Of a stretch of 64,000 nucleotides of DNA, positions 23,425 through 35,320 are shown in pieces. Every line of letters starts with the position of its first letter. Positions within the stretch are counted from its first letter, which is position 1. The position numbers were made by a program, and so were the translations under genes. This DNA comes from Octopus bimaculoides (lineage: Eukaryota): assembly GCF_001194135.2 (NCBI RefSeq), contig NC_068983.1:3259754-3323753 (forward strand), in the 5' to 3' direction. The notes below the pieces were generated by a model. The model searched no databases and had not been told where the DNA came from. It saw only the letters and a list, made by a program, of their open reading frames with translations.

Positions 23425-23792
23425 GTGTAGCTGTGTGGTAAGAAGGTTGCTTCTGAACCACATAGTTCCGGGTTCAGCCCCACCGCGTGACACCTTGGGC
23501 AACTGTCTACAGCTGATAGCCTCGGGCTAACCAAAACCTTGCGAGTGGATTTGGAAGCCCATCGTATGTATGTGTGTGTGTGTGTATTGTGTCTGCGTTT
23601 ACACCCCACCACCACCACCGCTTCACAACCGGTATTGGTGTGTTTACGTCCCAGTAAGTTAGCGGTCCGGCAAAAGAGACCGGTAGAATAAGTACGAGGC
23701 TTTAGAAATTAAGCTCTGGAGTCGATTCTTTCGCCTAAAATTCAAGACGGTGCCCCAGCTTGGCCGCAGTCAAATGACTGAAACAAGTAAAC
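23425..23792 (+). mobile_element. SINE family A
   Basis: Head, CCTTGGGCAA core and tail motifs. Confidence 0.9.
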
Positions 23793-23946
23793 GATGGCGC
23801 AGTTAAGCTTTTGAAGGGATTTACCCTGTTCTTGTGTTGTTCTTCTGTAGACCTGTTTGTGTCATGTAACAAAGTATTCTGTCTGGTGCGTATGTGGTGA
23901 CTTGAGCCCAGCTCAGTCCTAACTGGGTTGATACATCACTAAAGGT

Positions 23947-24237
23947 TATTTACATTTGACAGATATTTGTCCTCATCTTGTTTGTTGTGAACACAACGTT
24001 TCGGCTGATATACCCTCCATCCTTCATCAGGTGTCTTGGGGAAATTTCGAACCTGGGTTCTCATTTCTAAGGTATTTTTCGATATTATTATTATTATTAT
24101 TATTGTTCACTGCTTGGAATCGAACTCGGAATCTTAGGGTTAGTAGCCCGCGCTCTTAACCACTACGCCATATTCCCGTCAAATGTAAATAACGTAAATA
24201 ATGTCCATAATTCCTCATCTCTTAAATATAGAACTGT
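23947..24237 (-). mobile_element. non-autonomous retroelement: tRNA-like Pol III head + (AAT)n + hammerhead ribozyme, with a Penelope-like inverted end
   Basis: 12-bp TSD ATCACTAAAGGT (23935-23946 and 24238-24249); A box TGGCGTAGTGG (24160-24170); B box GAGTTCGATTCC (24116-24127); hammerhead at 23990-24035; 16-bp inverted repeat at 23945-23960 and 24178-24193. Confidence 0.8.
23990..24035 (-). ncRNA. minimal type I hammerhead ribozyme motif
   Basis: GACAC-CTGATGA-A-GGATG(GAGGGTATAT)CAGCC-GAAA-CG-T-T-GTGTT: intact core, 5-bp stem I, stem II with one mismatch, palindromic ACGU in place of stem III, GUU cleavage triplet. Confidence 0.7.
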
Positions 24238-25307
24238 ATCACTAAAGGTGTTTCCGCCCCTATCATCACAGACTTAGTGGTCGAAAGCGACCCTTTGTTT
24301 TTTTAAAGACTTCAGAGTGTAATCTGTGGGAGAGGAATTTTGCTGCTATTTCTAGAAGAGTGAGCGACCGCTTAGTGGCTCTGTCATATGGTCGTCAGAA
24401 TTGTCGATAGATGACGCAAGTGTGCAACCAGTTAAGGGGGGGCGTGAAGTGTGGTATTTGCATAAGTGTTTTGTGGTTTGTGGTTAAGTGGCAACAACAT
24501 ATATGAAGCGATTGTGAGATGAAGTGAAGAAGTGTGAACCGGACGTGAGCAAACTGTGTGTGAGGACCAGAATGGAGATCAGAGGAGGACTTGAGCGACA
24601 GCCGGTTGTAAGAGTTCGCGCTCGATGGGAGAGACTGAAAGAGAAATTGACTACGAGAACGAAGTTCTCTTTATTAACCCGAATGCTGGTGGTGGTGGTG
24701 GTNNNNNNNNNNNNNNNNNNNNNNNNNNNNNNNNNNNNNNNNNNNNNNNNNNNNNNNNNNNNNNNNNNNNNNNNNNNNNNNNNGTCGGTGGTGGCGGTGG
24801 TGAGATTGGAGACAGTTGTGGCGGCGGTGTTGATCGTGATTTCTGTTTTCATGTTTGTGCCACCAAAGCGCATTCATTCATGCAAAAACAAACAAAAAAA
24901 TGCATGCAAAAGTGTTACAAAAATATGTAGGGATAAACAAAAACATTGATAAACAAACACGATGGGGGTGGGGGTGGTGGAACAAGGTAAAGACGTTACA
25001 CAACACGATCGTAATAATAATAATAATAATGAAAAGATAGCAAAGAAAAAAAATGAATCGGAAAACGTCGGATTTTTATGTACATGTACTGAGTAAAGTG
25101 GGTCACATGTTTGCCAGTGACAAAGAGAAAAATAAAAGTTTGGATTCCAAAAGGAAAAAAAAGAATCTGCTGATTTGTTGCCTACAAAGAAATAGTTTGA
25201 TCAGAAGACCAAGATAATATGGTGCCACTGTGTAATAGACTTCAGTTGGTGGAAAAGTCACTGGACAACTTTTTATAATAACAGTCAGTGTTATTATTAG
25301 TAACATA

Positions 25308-25720
25308 GGCGCAGGAGTGGCTGTGTGGGAAGTAGCTTGCTTACTAACCACATGGTTCCGGGTTCAGTCCCACTGCGTGGCACCTTGGGCAAGTGTCTTC
25401 TGCTATAGCCTCGGGCCGACCAAAGCCTTGTGAATGGATTTGGTAGACGGAAACTGAAAGAAGCCCGTCGTATATATATGTATGTATGTATATATTTGTA
25501 TGTGTGTGTGTTTGTGTGTCTGTGCTTGTCCCCACAACATTACTTGACAACCGATGCTGATGTGTTTACGTCCCCGTAACTTAGCGGTTCGGCAAAAGAG
25601 ACCGATAGAATAGGTACTAGGCTCATAAAGAATAAGTCCTGGGGTCGATTTGCTCGACTAAAGGCGGTGCTCCAGCATGGCCACAGTCAAATGACTGAAA
25701 CCAGTAAAAGAATAAAAGAA
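25308..25720 (+). mobile_element. SINE family A, full-length well-preserved copy
   Basis: GGCGCAGGAGTGGCTGTGTGG..GGTTCAGTCCC..CCTTGGGCAAGTG..(TA/TG)n..CCAGCATGGCCACAGTCAAATGACTGAAAC..AAAAGAATAAAAGAA. Confidence 0.95.
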
Positions 25721-25744
25721 CATTATTATTATTATTATTCATTT

Positions 25745-26050
25745 AGTGGGGGTGGTCCATTCTGGCACGCGTTGGACGTTTCGAAAGGACCTGGCCAGCT
25801 GAAGAGCTGCCCCCGTCTCCGTGTCTGTGTTGACATGGTTTCTACGGCTGGATGCCCTTCCTAATGTCAACCACGGGTACTTTTTACGTAGCACCAACAC
25901 CCACGAGCCTGCAAGCTTAGGAATACTCAGCCAGAGACGGATGCAAGGGGCATGCCTGTATGCAAGGACAATCGCGCTTTTACTTAGCTTGACGTGACTT
26001 TTCAAGCACAGCAAACTGCCAGGAGTCTGAGTCCCCTGTCATCCCCTCTT
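25745..26050 (-). mobile_element. family E variant
   Basis: TTTCTACGGCTGGATGCCCTTCCTAATGTCAACCAC..TTTTTACGT..TTAGCTTGACG..TTCAAGCACA. Confidence 0.7.
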
Positions 26051-26494
26051 TCAGTTCCAATGTATGTAGATCCTTTCTCACCACTTCGTCTCACATCTTC
26101 TTGGGCCAACCCCAAGTGCTCCACTTTTATTGCAGCCCCTATTTGTTCCACGTACTTCTCGAGATTTTTGCTCACTGTTCTATTATTATTATCATTATTA
26201 TTATTATTGACTTTTTAAAGTTCTGCTTGAAAGTGAAAAGATTGAGAAGGAAATGCTCTCTCTTCCAGCGGGTTTGCAAAATGGTGGGGGCTGTGGCAAA
26301 AAATGGGTGAGGGTGACTAGAACCACTGTAAGCACTCTAAGCTTGTAGATATTAGAACAACGGCTGGGTGAGGTCTCCTTCCCTTTGGTGGTCAGGCTGA
26401 TTCTGGACCTGTGGGGTTCCTTCATTGGCCCTAATTAGGGGATCTCCTGTCGCAGCAGAATTCCATCATGTATCCACATACTTTGTTCTTTTTT

Positions 26495-27120
26495 TCTTTC
26501 TTTTATCTTTTACTTGTTTCAATCATTAGACTACTGCCATGCTGGGGCACCGCCTTCAACAATTTTAGTCGAATGAATTCATTCCAGTACTTATCTTTTA
26601 AGCCTGGTCCTTATTCTATCGGTCTCTTTTACCAAACCGCTAAATCACAGGGACACAAACACCAAAACCGGTTAAGCAAGAGTGACACACTCTCACACAC
26701 ATGTACATCGTTGCTATTATGTAAAAGTGTCGTAAGTCCAAAACGTTGCTTTTTCAGAAAACGAAAAAATAGTTTCGTCATTCCATAGCAAGACTGTTGT
26801 ACTTTGACAATTTTTGATATTTTTGCATCTGAAGCAGTTGGACATATGATAGTTTGACCAAAAGAACCGGCTATTGCAAGCTAGAATAAATATTGAAAAC
26901 AACGCATTTGGCCAATTTTGGACATACGACAGTTTACATAATAGCAACGATATATATATAATGAGCTTCTATCAATTTCCGTTTCCCCAAATCCATTCGC
27001 AAGACTTTAGTCGACCCGAGTCTATAGTAGAAAGGCACTTGCTCAAGGTGCCACGGAATGGGACTGAACTCGGAATCGTGTAGCTGGGAAGCAATCTTCT
27101 TACCACACAGCCATACCTCC
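26495..27120 (-). mobile_element. SINE family A split at its central microsatellite by a MITE
   Basis: 3' half at 26495-26700 and 5' half at 26960-27120. Confidence 0.85.
26709..26949. mobile_element. 241-bp MITE with ~35-bp TIRs, AT-flanked
   Basis: CGTTGCTATTATGTAAAAGTGTCGTAAGTCCAAAA versus the reverse complement of TTTTGGACATACGACAGTTTACATAATAGCAACG; AT on both sides. Confidence 0.85.
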
Positions 27121-27826
27121 GTCAATATTATGTATATTTGTCATTTCACGTTTCTTTCTCTTCATCTTTTGTGTAAACCCCCACGCACGCACACACACAC
27201 ACACAAATTGTAAACTGTTCTTGTAATGCCTCGCTCTTTGTTGCCCCTGTGGCAAATAAGATATATCATTATCATCATCATTTATTATTATTATTATTTT
27301 CGCTGACGCTGCAAACGAAATAGTTTACTTGTCAACAAAAGGAATACAATATTGGTCAGCATAAAAAGGGTAAATTAGGCGTGGCAAGCGTCGAACGTCT
27401 GAACGCAGTAATAAATAGCGCACAAGTCTTCCTTTAACAGACTTAAAACCGGCTCTTTTATAAACATCACATAACTCGGGTGAAACGTTCTGTTTTATAG
27501 TGTAACGTTGACAAGCATATTGTGTGTGTTTGTGTGTGTGTGTGTGTCACCAGGCTGTCTTTATGACAGTGTGAACTATACTACAGTCTAGACATAATTA
27601 CACAAACTTTATAGACCTACTTAGCACCAATGATGTAACCAGAAAAACACCTGTGTGAGTATGTATGTATGTGTGTGGGTGTTAAAAGAGAGGGGCAGGT
27701 TGATAAAGACAGAGATACCCCATCTTTTCCCGCAGTCCCCATGCACCCAAGCCTACATTATTATCCAACGGGTCTTTCTAAGAAGCTACGGTTGATTTAA
27801 GGGAGATTTAGCTCCTTTCTCTGGAT

Positions 27827-28007
27827 CAACAGTTCTCAACCGCAGTTCCCAGGGCCGCATGCGGCCCTCAAACACCCTTCCAGCAGAAGGATGCTTATAT
27901 AATAAAATTTTCTTTGACTTGTTTTACGTTTTGTGGAGCGGCCCCAATCCACCAAAAAACCCATGTTTTGGATCTGTCTCGGATATTAAAAAGGTTGACC
28001 ACCAATG
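27827..28007. mobile_element. degenerate hAT (Charlie/Buster-type) MITE
   Basis: CAACAGTTCTCAACC / GGTTGACCACCAATG termini; internal GGGCCGCATGCGGCCC; flanks CTCTGGAT/CTCAAGAG (5/8 match). Confidence 0.55.
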
Positions 28008-28439
28008 CTCAAGAGACTTCCTCGTAAGCGTCGTGGCGGCGGTGGCAATATTTGCTGTAAAACACCAGAACTATGTAGGAGTAGTTAAAGTCCAGAAGCA
28101 GACCTACAACAAACGTACTCCTTAATGCTACCAGTTCTATTGGGCGAATCAATCAGAGTATCTCTACGTGCTCACTCTATCTGCACGAAATAACAATCAA
28201 ATTCCGTCAGAATATATACTCAGTCATCTTTACAAAGAAGGCTACACTGAAGTGTGTTATTGTTGGTATTAAGACGAGACGGCCAAGGCTGGAATGGCTT
28301 TCCCTATATGTCAGCTCGGTCCTCAACTACACAGCAACGGACATGTTAGAAAATTACACACACACACACACTAATGCATACATACATATAAACGCACACA
28401 CGTGTGTGTATCAGGCCATCCTGCAATATGTGAAATTGC

Positions 28440-28961
28440 TAACATTCTCTTCTTTTTTATCTCTTCACAACTGCCGATATTACTCACAAATCAATCCTCA
28501 TTGGATGGAGGCAGATAATCAGCAAGGCGTGGGCAAGGGAATGGTGTGGTGTGGGATTTGGTACAATTGGACCATTTTATTTTGAGGGCTCTGTGACAGG
28601 TGATTCGTATCTGGAAATGCTCGGCAACAAGATGATGCCTCACGTGCATTAACTTGAAAGGAGAAATCCTGTCTGGTTTCAGCAGGACAGGGTTCCGCTC
28701 CATTATACATTACAGGTTTGTGATCTTCTGAATGAACATTTTCCATGGAGATGGCTCAGGCGTCCACGGTCACCAGATTTAATTTCCATCGACTTTTTCT
28801 TCTGGGGCTACATTTAAGGCATTCATGACCAAGGACATCTTCTTCAAAGAATTGTTGAAGCGTACGAACAAATCAAGGGCAATGAAGAGCTATTTGAGAG
28901 GGTTCAGGGCAGTTTCAAATTCCGTATGAACACTTGTTTAGAGCGACATGGCCACCACTTT
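28440..28961 (+). pseudogene. decayed Tc1/mariner transposase catalytic domain (maT/DD37D-like)
   Basis: Frameshifted VWCGIW..F..VTGDSYLEML..WFQQD..PLHY..V.DLLNEHFP.RW..RSPDL..DFF motifs; runs into a gap at 28962. Confidence 0.85.
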
Positions 28962-31739
28962 NNNNNNNNNNNNNNNNNNNNNNNNNNNNNNNNNNNNNNN
29001 NNNNNNNNNNNNNNNNNNNNNNNNNNNNNNNNNNNNNNNNNNNNNNNNNNNNNNNNNNNNNNNNNNNNNNNNNNNNNNNNNNNNNNNNNNNNNNNNNNNN
29101 NNNNNNNNNNNNNNNNNNNNNNNNNNNNNNNNNNNNNNNNNNNNNNNNNNNNNNNNNNNNNNNNNNNNNNNNNNNNNNNNNNNNNNNNNNNNNNNNNNNN
29201 NNNNNNNNNNNNNNNNNNNNNNNNNNNNNNNNNNNNNNNNNNNNNNNNNNNNNNNNNNNNNNNNNNNNNNNNNNNNNNNNNNNNNNNNNNNNNNNNNNNN
29301 NNNNNNNNNNNNNNNNNNNNNNNNNNNNNNNNNNNNNNNNNNNNNNNNNNNNNNNNNNNNNNNNNNNNNNNNNNNNNNNNNNNNNNNNNNNNNNNNNNNN
29401 NNNNNNNNNNNNNNNNNNNNNNNNNNNNNNNNNNNNNNNNNNNNNNNNNNNNNNNNNNNNNNNNNNNNNNNNNNNNNNNNNNNNNNNNNNNNNNNNNNNN
29501 NNNNNNNNNNNNNNNNNNNNNNNNNNNNNNNNNNNNNNNNNNNNNNNNNNNNNNNNNNNNNNNNNNNNNNNNNNNNNNNNNNNNNNNNNNNNNNNNNNNN
29601 NNNNNNNNNNNNNNNNNNNNNNNNNNNNNNNNNNNNNNNNNNNNNNNNNNNNNNNNNNNNNNNNNNNNNNNNNNNGGACACGGACACGCAGATATACATA
29701 TATTTACATACAACCATAAGGACCTTATACATATGTATAAAAAAAGCCCTCCTTTGATTTGTCAAACACACTTGAACAGCCTCTGTCGCCTCGCCCCATG
29801 GCGCTACCATTTCTACCACAGTCCCAATATATCCGGTTTGTTTCCACATTTTAGAATGTCATGTGTTATTACTTTGAATATTTTTCTTCCCACTCAGCCC
29901 CTGTATGGTGGGGGTGGGATTGTTTTATTAGGGACGGAGGGGACAAGGGAATGAAGCGGATGAAGGGACAACATCCCCGCATACCTTAATTGTCTATATC
30001 CTTAATTTAGTTTTCGTTAGATTTCAAATAATAAAAGTCCTCCTTACTGCAATCACAAACTTCTAGAAAGAACAAACGGGGGAACTGCACGAGAGGAAGA
30101 AATTCTCGAGCGATTCTGTGAGAAACATGGAAAGGGATGCCATGGGGAACTCGTGTACTTTTGGCACACATACATATTAATTGAAACGATAAACACACCC
30201 GCATATATACACACACTCGTATACACACGCACACATAATCACATTTTTGTCCTTCATCTTGTCTACTTGCTTCCTTTGTAGGTATAACTTCGTTGTGAAT
30301 CATTTTAGCTTCAGTTAAAATTCTAAATTTGAAAAGTTAACCAAAATGCCACCACAACGAAACTGAGTCGTTTGTCTTAAATAACTGTCTAAAATCACAC
30401 CGATTGCAATCAGTCTCATTCGAAATTTGTGCAATCGATCAGCAATTTGTTAGTCTGCAAAAAGTTCAATAATCCGACAGAGGACTATGCTCTTTCCACC
30501 CTCACTTTCTCGCTCTCTCTCTCTCACACACACACCTGTCTGTCTGTCTGTGTGTGCGTGTGTGTATTTACATATAGTTTTTACTCCTTTTGCTATTAAA
30601 CAAAGAAGAGCAGATTTACGACACTTCCTGTCACACTGCCAACAACAGGTTGTGTTCTTCCAATTCCTCAAACATGAAAATCGACGTTATATTCTTGGAT
30701 ATTTTCTATGTTTCTATAATAGCATCCACCACCCATTCTCATTAAGAACATGGCTTTCATGTTCAGTCCGAATAAAACAATGAGTTTAATTCCTGGCAAT
30801 CTCAGATTAGATCTTTCTTATATTCCACAAAATAAGAATGAGTTTGATCTAGAGTTAAGGCCTTATCTAAGATCACAACGCAGTGTTTTCTGTTGGATAC
30901 GATCTCATAATGTTTGGTTTTCTTAATTAAAATCTGTAACTAAATTTCCCCTCAATTAGGCTTGTGAAAACAAAATATCCACCCATCTCTATTGTGTGGT
31001 TTTTAAATGTTAGATAACTGTAGATATTTTTTTGATCTGTTCTTAAACTAAAAACAAGATAGATAATTTGAAACGTTCACTTTTTTTTTTTCTTTTTTTT
31101 TGTAATCAGGCAATTATTGTTCAATGTGTAAGAAAGAGGTTGATGAGTCTGTTGTTGCTAATTGTTAAATAATAAAAATGGAAAATAATTGGTAGATTTG
31201 TAAATATTATAATGTGATGGAAATATGTGTGATAATTTCTGTAACAGGTAAGGCCAATTTTGTAATTAAAAAGTTTAAAGTTCGCGCCCACCGTGCAGCA
31301 TCCGGGGTGGGTATCTTTTACAATGGTCCCGGGTTCACCAAAGCCTCGTGGATAAAATTTTATAGAGAAACGATGTATGGATGCCCGTCCGTGAGAGAAC
31401 TAGTGCTGTTGGATAGTAATCTTCATCCGTCGTCTGATTAAGCAACACAACCAGGCTACTTGTATGAAAAAAACTTTCTCTCGTCAGCATCGAAGGCCCT
31501 GAAAGAAAGATAAACGTGCTGTCGTTTCTCATCTCAATAATCTATGGAAATGACACAATTAATGAAAATATGGGAAAATATGAGCCGAAATGACGCTTCG
31601 AGCAAGGCTCTTCGTCCAGAGAGGAGAAGGAAAGGGCAGATAATCCAGGGAAAGCATATATTATGAGTGTGGCGGGGTATATGTGCATGTGTGTCTATAT
31701 ATGTATTATACAGACAGCTGGACGCCTATGTGGTTTAGT

Positions 31740-31920
31740 AAACGTTCTAGAAATAACAGCCAAATCATCCTCATATAGGCTACCGTCTTAAAAGAATAAC
31801 ATTATATAATTTAGTCCTAGCTACACTACGCCTGGAAATAAAGCTGGCGGTGGTCATAGCTGGAATACCATTGGTCGTAGAGCTTCTGGATGGGCGCTGA
31901 CCTGGGGCTAAACGGCATCA
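31740..31920 (+). mobile_element. dispersed repeat family G
   Basis: CTAGAAATAACAGCCAAATC..CTACCGTCTTAAAAG..GGTCATAGCTGGAATACC..GCTGACCTGGGGCTAAAC. Confidence 0.65.
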
Positions 31921-31963
31921 ATCACCAAAGAGGACTCGGTGCTTGTTCGGTAATCAAAGTCAT

Positions 31964-32009
<46 letters not shown>

Positions 32010-32079
32010 AAGAGTTGTTTCCTGGTTATTGCAGTTGTTAGAGACTCTCTCTCTTCTCTATCTCTCTCTCTCTTCTCTT

Positions 32080-32113
<34 letters not shown>

Positions 32114-32114
32114 T

Positions 32115-32153
<39 letters not shown>

Positions 32154-32597
32154 CTCTCTCTCTCGCCGTAATAGATGTAATCATTATGCTGTCCCCTACC
32201 CCCATCCACTTTCATATCACGTCATGTTTTCTCTCAGTGCATTCATTTATGGTTTATCACATTCTCCTCCTCCTTCTCCTCCTCCTGCTGCTGCTGCTGT
32301 TGTTGTTGTTTATTTACACCCATCCCATCTGACTTGTTGATGAAATACACTCTAACACACATTCATTTCAAGTTTCTCTTCCTGAAACGGTGACTTTCAT
32401 TTTGCTGCAAAGTTGTTGTTGTTGCAATTATGATTTAAAAGTGTCTAATTTCGTAATAACAACTTTGCTCTATTAAACCCGTGTCCTGTCATGAGGGAAA
32501 GGTCTTGTTGATATGCGTCGACATTATTATGCCTTCAAACACCCACACTTCCATCTATAGAGACGTGTGTGTGTGTGTGCAACTTTCTATATGTATA

Positions 32598-32990
32598 GAT
32601 GCAGACGTGGCTGTGTGGTAAGAAGCTTGCTTACCAACTACATGATTCAGGGTTCAGTCTCACTGCGTGGCACCTTGAGCAAGTGTCTTCTGCTATAGCC
32701 TCAGGCCGACCAAAGTCTTGTCAGTGGATTTGGTAGACGGAAACTGAAAGAAGCTCGTCGTATATATTATATATGTAAGTATATATTTGTGCGTCTGTTT
32801 GTTCCCCACCCCACCATTGCTTGACAACCGTTATTGGTGTTTACTCCCCGTAACTTAGCGGTTCGGCAAAAACAACCGACGAAATAAGTACTACTGGGAT
32901 TACAACGAATAAGTCCTGGGGTCGATTTGCTCGACTAAAGGCAATGTTCCAGCATGGCCGCATTCAAATAAATGAAACAAGTAAAAGAAT
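32598..32990 (+). mobile_element. SINE family A
   Basis: Full motif set. Confidence 0.9.
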
Positions 32991-33132
32991 ATATAATGTG
33001 TGTGAGTGCGCAGGCAAGTTTGTGTGTGTGTGTGTGTGTGTGATTTTATATATCTAAATTCGAGGGCGTTTAGCTGAAAAGTAACGAGCGCTCAACCGGG
33101 ATTTGAGAGGTACAGAGTTCCGTTCTCTGCAG

Positions 33133-33286
33133 TGGTGCAGATGTGGCTGTATGGCAAGAAGCTTGCTTCCCAACCACATGGCTTCGGATTTGGTCCCACT
33201 TCGTAACACCTTGAGCAAGTGTCTTCTACTAGAGTGCACAATGTTCCTGAAGGTCATTAATGGTCTTCCTCGGTCACGAGTGGACA

Positions 33287-33338
<52 letters not shown>

Positions 33339-33708
33339 AATTAGATACCTTGTATTAGTCTTTTTCCTTAATTGGTTTACACGCTGGCTACTCGATAAAA
33401 TCTTATTGTTTAACGTTCCGAGCAGACGCTCTTCTTCGGAAATGGAGGAAATTCCAATAGAAAGGAAGATGGAGGAAGAAAATCGCCAGTGTGTGTGTGT
33501 GTGTGTGCCTTTTGAGTTTTTCCCCCACCACTGATTGACAGCCGGTGTTGACGTTTTTACATCCTCGTAAATTAGCGATTCGGTAAAGGAATAAGTACCA
33601 TATCGATGAAATTAGTACTGGGATCGATGCATTCGACTAAAATCCTTCAAGGCGGTGCTTCAGCATGGCTGCAGTCTAAATGACTGAAACGAGTAAAAAA
33701 CAAAAGAA
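33133..33708 (+). mobile_element. SINE family A halves separated by ~255 bp of foreign sequence
   Basis: 5' part at 33133-33231 and 3' part at 33488-33708; the intervening sequence has (TA)n and a minus-strand hammerhead-like motif. Confidence 0.75.
33409..33442 (-). ncRNA. variant minimal hammerhead-like motif
   Basis: TTT-CCGAAGA-A-GAGC(GTCT)GCTC-GGAA-CG-T-T-AAA: perfect 4-bp stem II, ACGU palindrome, weak 3-bp stem I. Confidence 0.45.
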
Positions 33709-33727
33709 ACGCAGAAAATGTAGTCGG

Positions 33728-34366
33728 GGATCTTTGTGGTTTTCGTCACAGTTTACAATTTTGTTCCAACTATTTTCAAATTTGGTATATGGATCAAGTT
33801 TTGTATACTGATTATGAAAATGAAATTCATTTTTCCTATAAATCCATAATCAAAATGTTATTAGCATTTAAAATTTCGAAAATTTGGGTTATTTTTAGCC
33901 AATCAGAAGCGAGTATTTTGGACATCACCGTGGCGAAGAAGCCTGTTTCTATAGTAACCAAAACAAAGAAGCACCACCATGTTCCATAGCTGATTGCGAA
34001 GAACTGTTTCCACAGTAACCAAAGATGCTGCGCATGCGCACAAGGAGTGTAACCACCATTTGTTTTATAATTGTTTGTTTTCGTAACAGATGGAACTCAC
34101 ACTCAACTATTTTAGTTTAATGTTTTGACATGCCGATGCCCCCCACCCCACCCGATGATGGAAGAGGCAGCGAACGTGCTGTTTTCTGATTGCTTGAAAA
34201 TTCTGAACATTATCAAATTTTGAACACCTGTAACATTCTTGCGAAATTTTTCTGGAATAAATGAATAACAAATTCGGATTCAGCATCAAAAATTACATCT
34301 ATATGATGCATTAAACAAATTTTTTTTAGAGATAATTTTAAGCAGTGACGAAGACCACAAACATCC
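33728..34366. mobile_element. 639-bp non-autonomous DNA transposon with GG..CC termini (Merlin-like)
   Basis: TIR GGAT(C/G)TTTGTGGT(T/C)TTCGTCAC; flanks GTAGTCGG / GTAGTCTA (6/8 match); a second partial copy at 54670-54912. Confidence 0.7.
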
Positions 34367-34611
34367 GTAGTCTATATTAAAGCTTTATATAACGTACACG
34401 TGTTTCAGAAGACCGACAAACATTGAATCGATAAGCATAAAACTTCTATTATAAATGACGTCAGAACCATTCATCAACACCACTCGGGAAAATATACTTC
34501 AGCGCCCCCTTTTACAGAATCACTTTTTACAAACTACGCCTCTCCCGCTCCTAGGAAAACAGACAAAGAAGCCACCGAATTATTTCAAACCGAAACTGCT
34601 TTGGCGCAAGA

Positions 34612-35320
34612 CTTTATTCCTTTATTCACTTCAGCCATTTGACTGTGACCAGGCTGGAACACCGCCTTTAGTCGAACGAATCGACCCCAGGACTTATTCT
34701 TTGTAAGCCTAGTACTTATTCTATCGGTATCTTTTGCCGAACCGCGAAGTTACATGAACGTTAACACACCGACATCAGTTGTCAAGCGATTGTGGGGGGC
34801 GGGGACAAACACGGACACACAAATATATATATATAGCTTGACCGCTAAATCCACAAGTTGTTTTTATTCTCTCTGTTTATTTTCTCTTATTCCTTTCTGT
34901 TCAAGAGCATATAAGACTTTCTCACTTTTCCGAACGTCAAACTTATAATATATATCAAAATAAGCAACAGGATATCAAGAAGTGATTCAGTACGACCGTT
35001 TCAAACTGGTCCATTTAATTGAACAATGCAATCATTACATCAATTTAAATGCCGGTCTATCTTCAGCTGCATAAAAAAAAATAAATAGAATTTTTAATCA
35101 GTCGGACGCATTAACATAATTTTACTCAAATACTTTAACAGTGCAAGAAGATGGAAGAAATTAATGTTGTCGCTATTGTAGCTAAGAATAGACTACATTT
35201 CCAAGAAAGGCATGAAGCTTATATACGAAGGGCTTCTTTCAGTTTCAGTCTACCAAATCCACACAAAAGGTTTTGGTTGACCTGAGACTGTAGTAAAAGA
35301 CACTTGCCCAAGGTGCCACA
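34612..35320 (-). mobile_element. SINE family A split at its central (TA)n by a ~385-bp insert (34835-35219)
   Basis: 3' half at 34612-34834 and 5' part at 35224-35320. Confidence 0.8.

Noticed and set aside
31290-31500. Minus-strand AFDAD and E..PGT.V cadherin-like words after a good acceptor
   Set aside because: The motifs are in the wrong order and separated by several stop codons.
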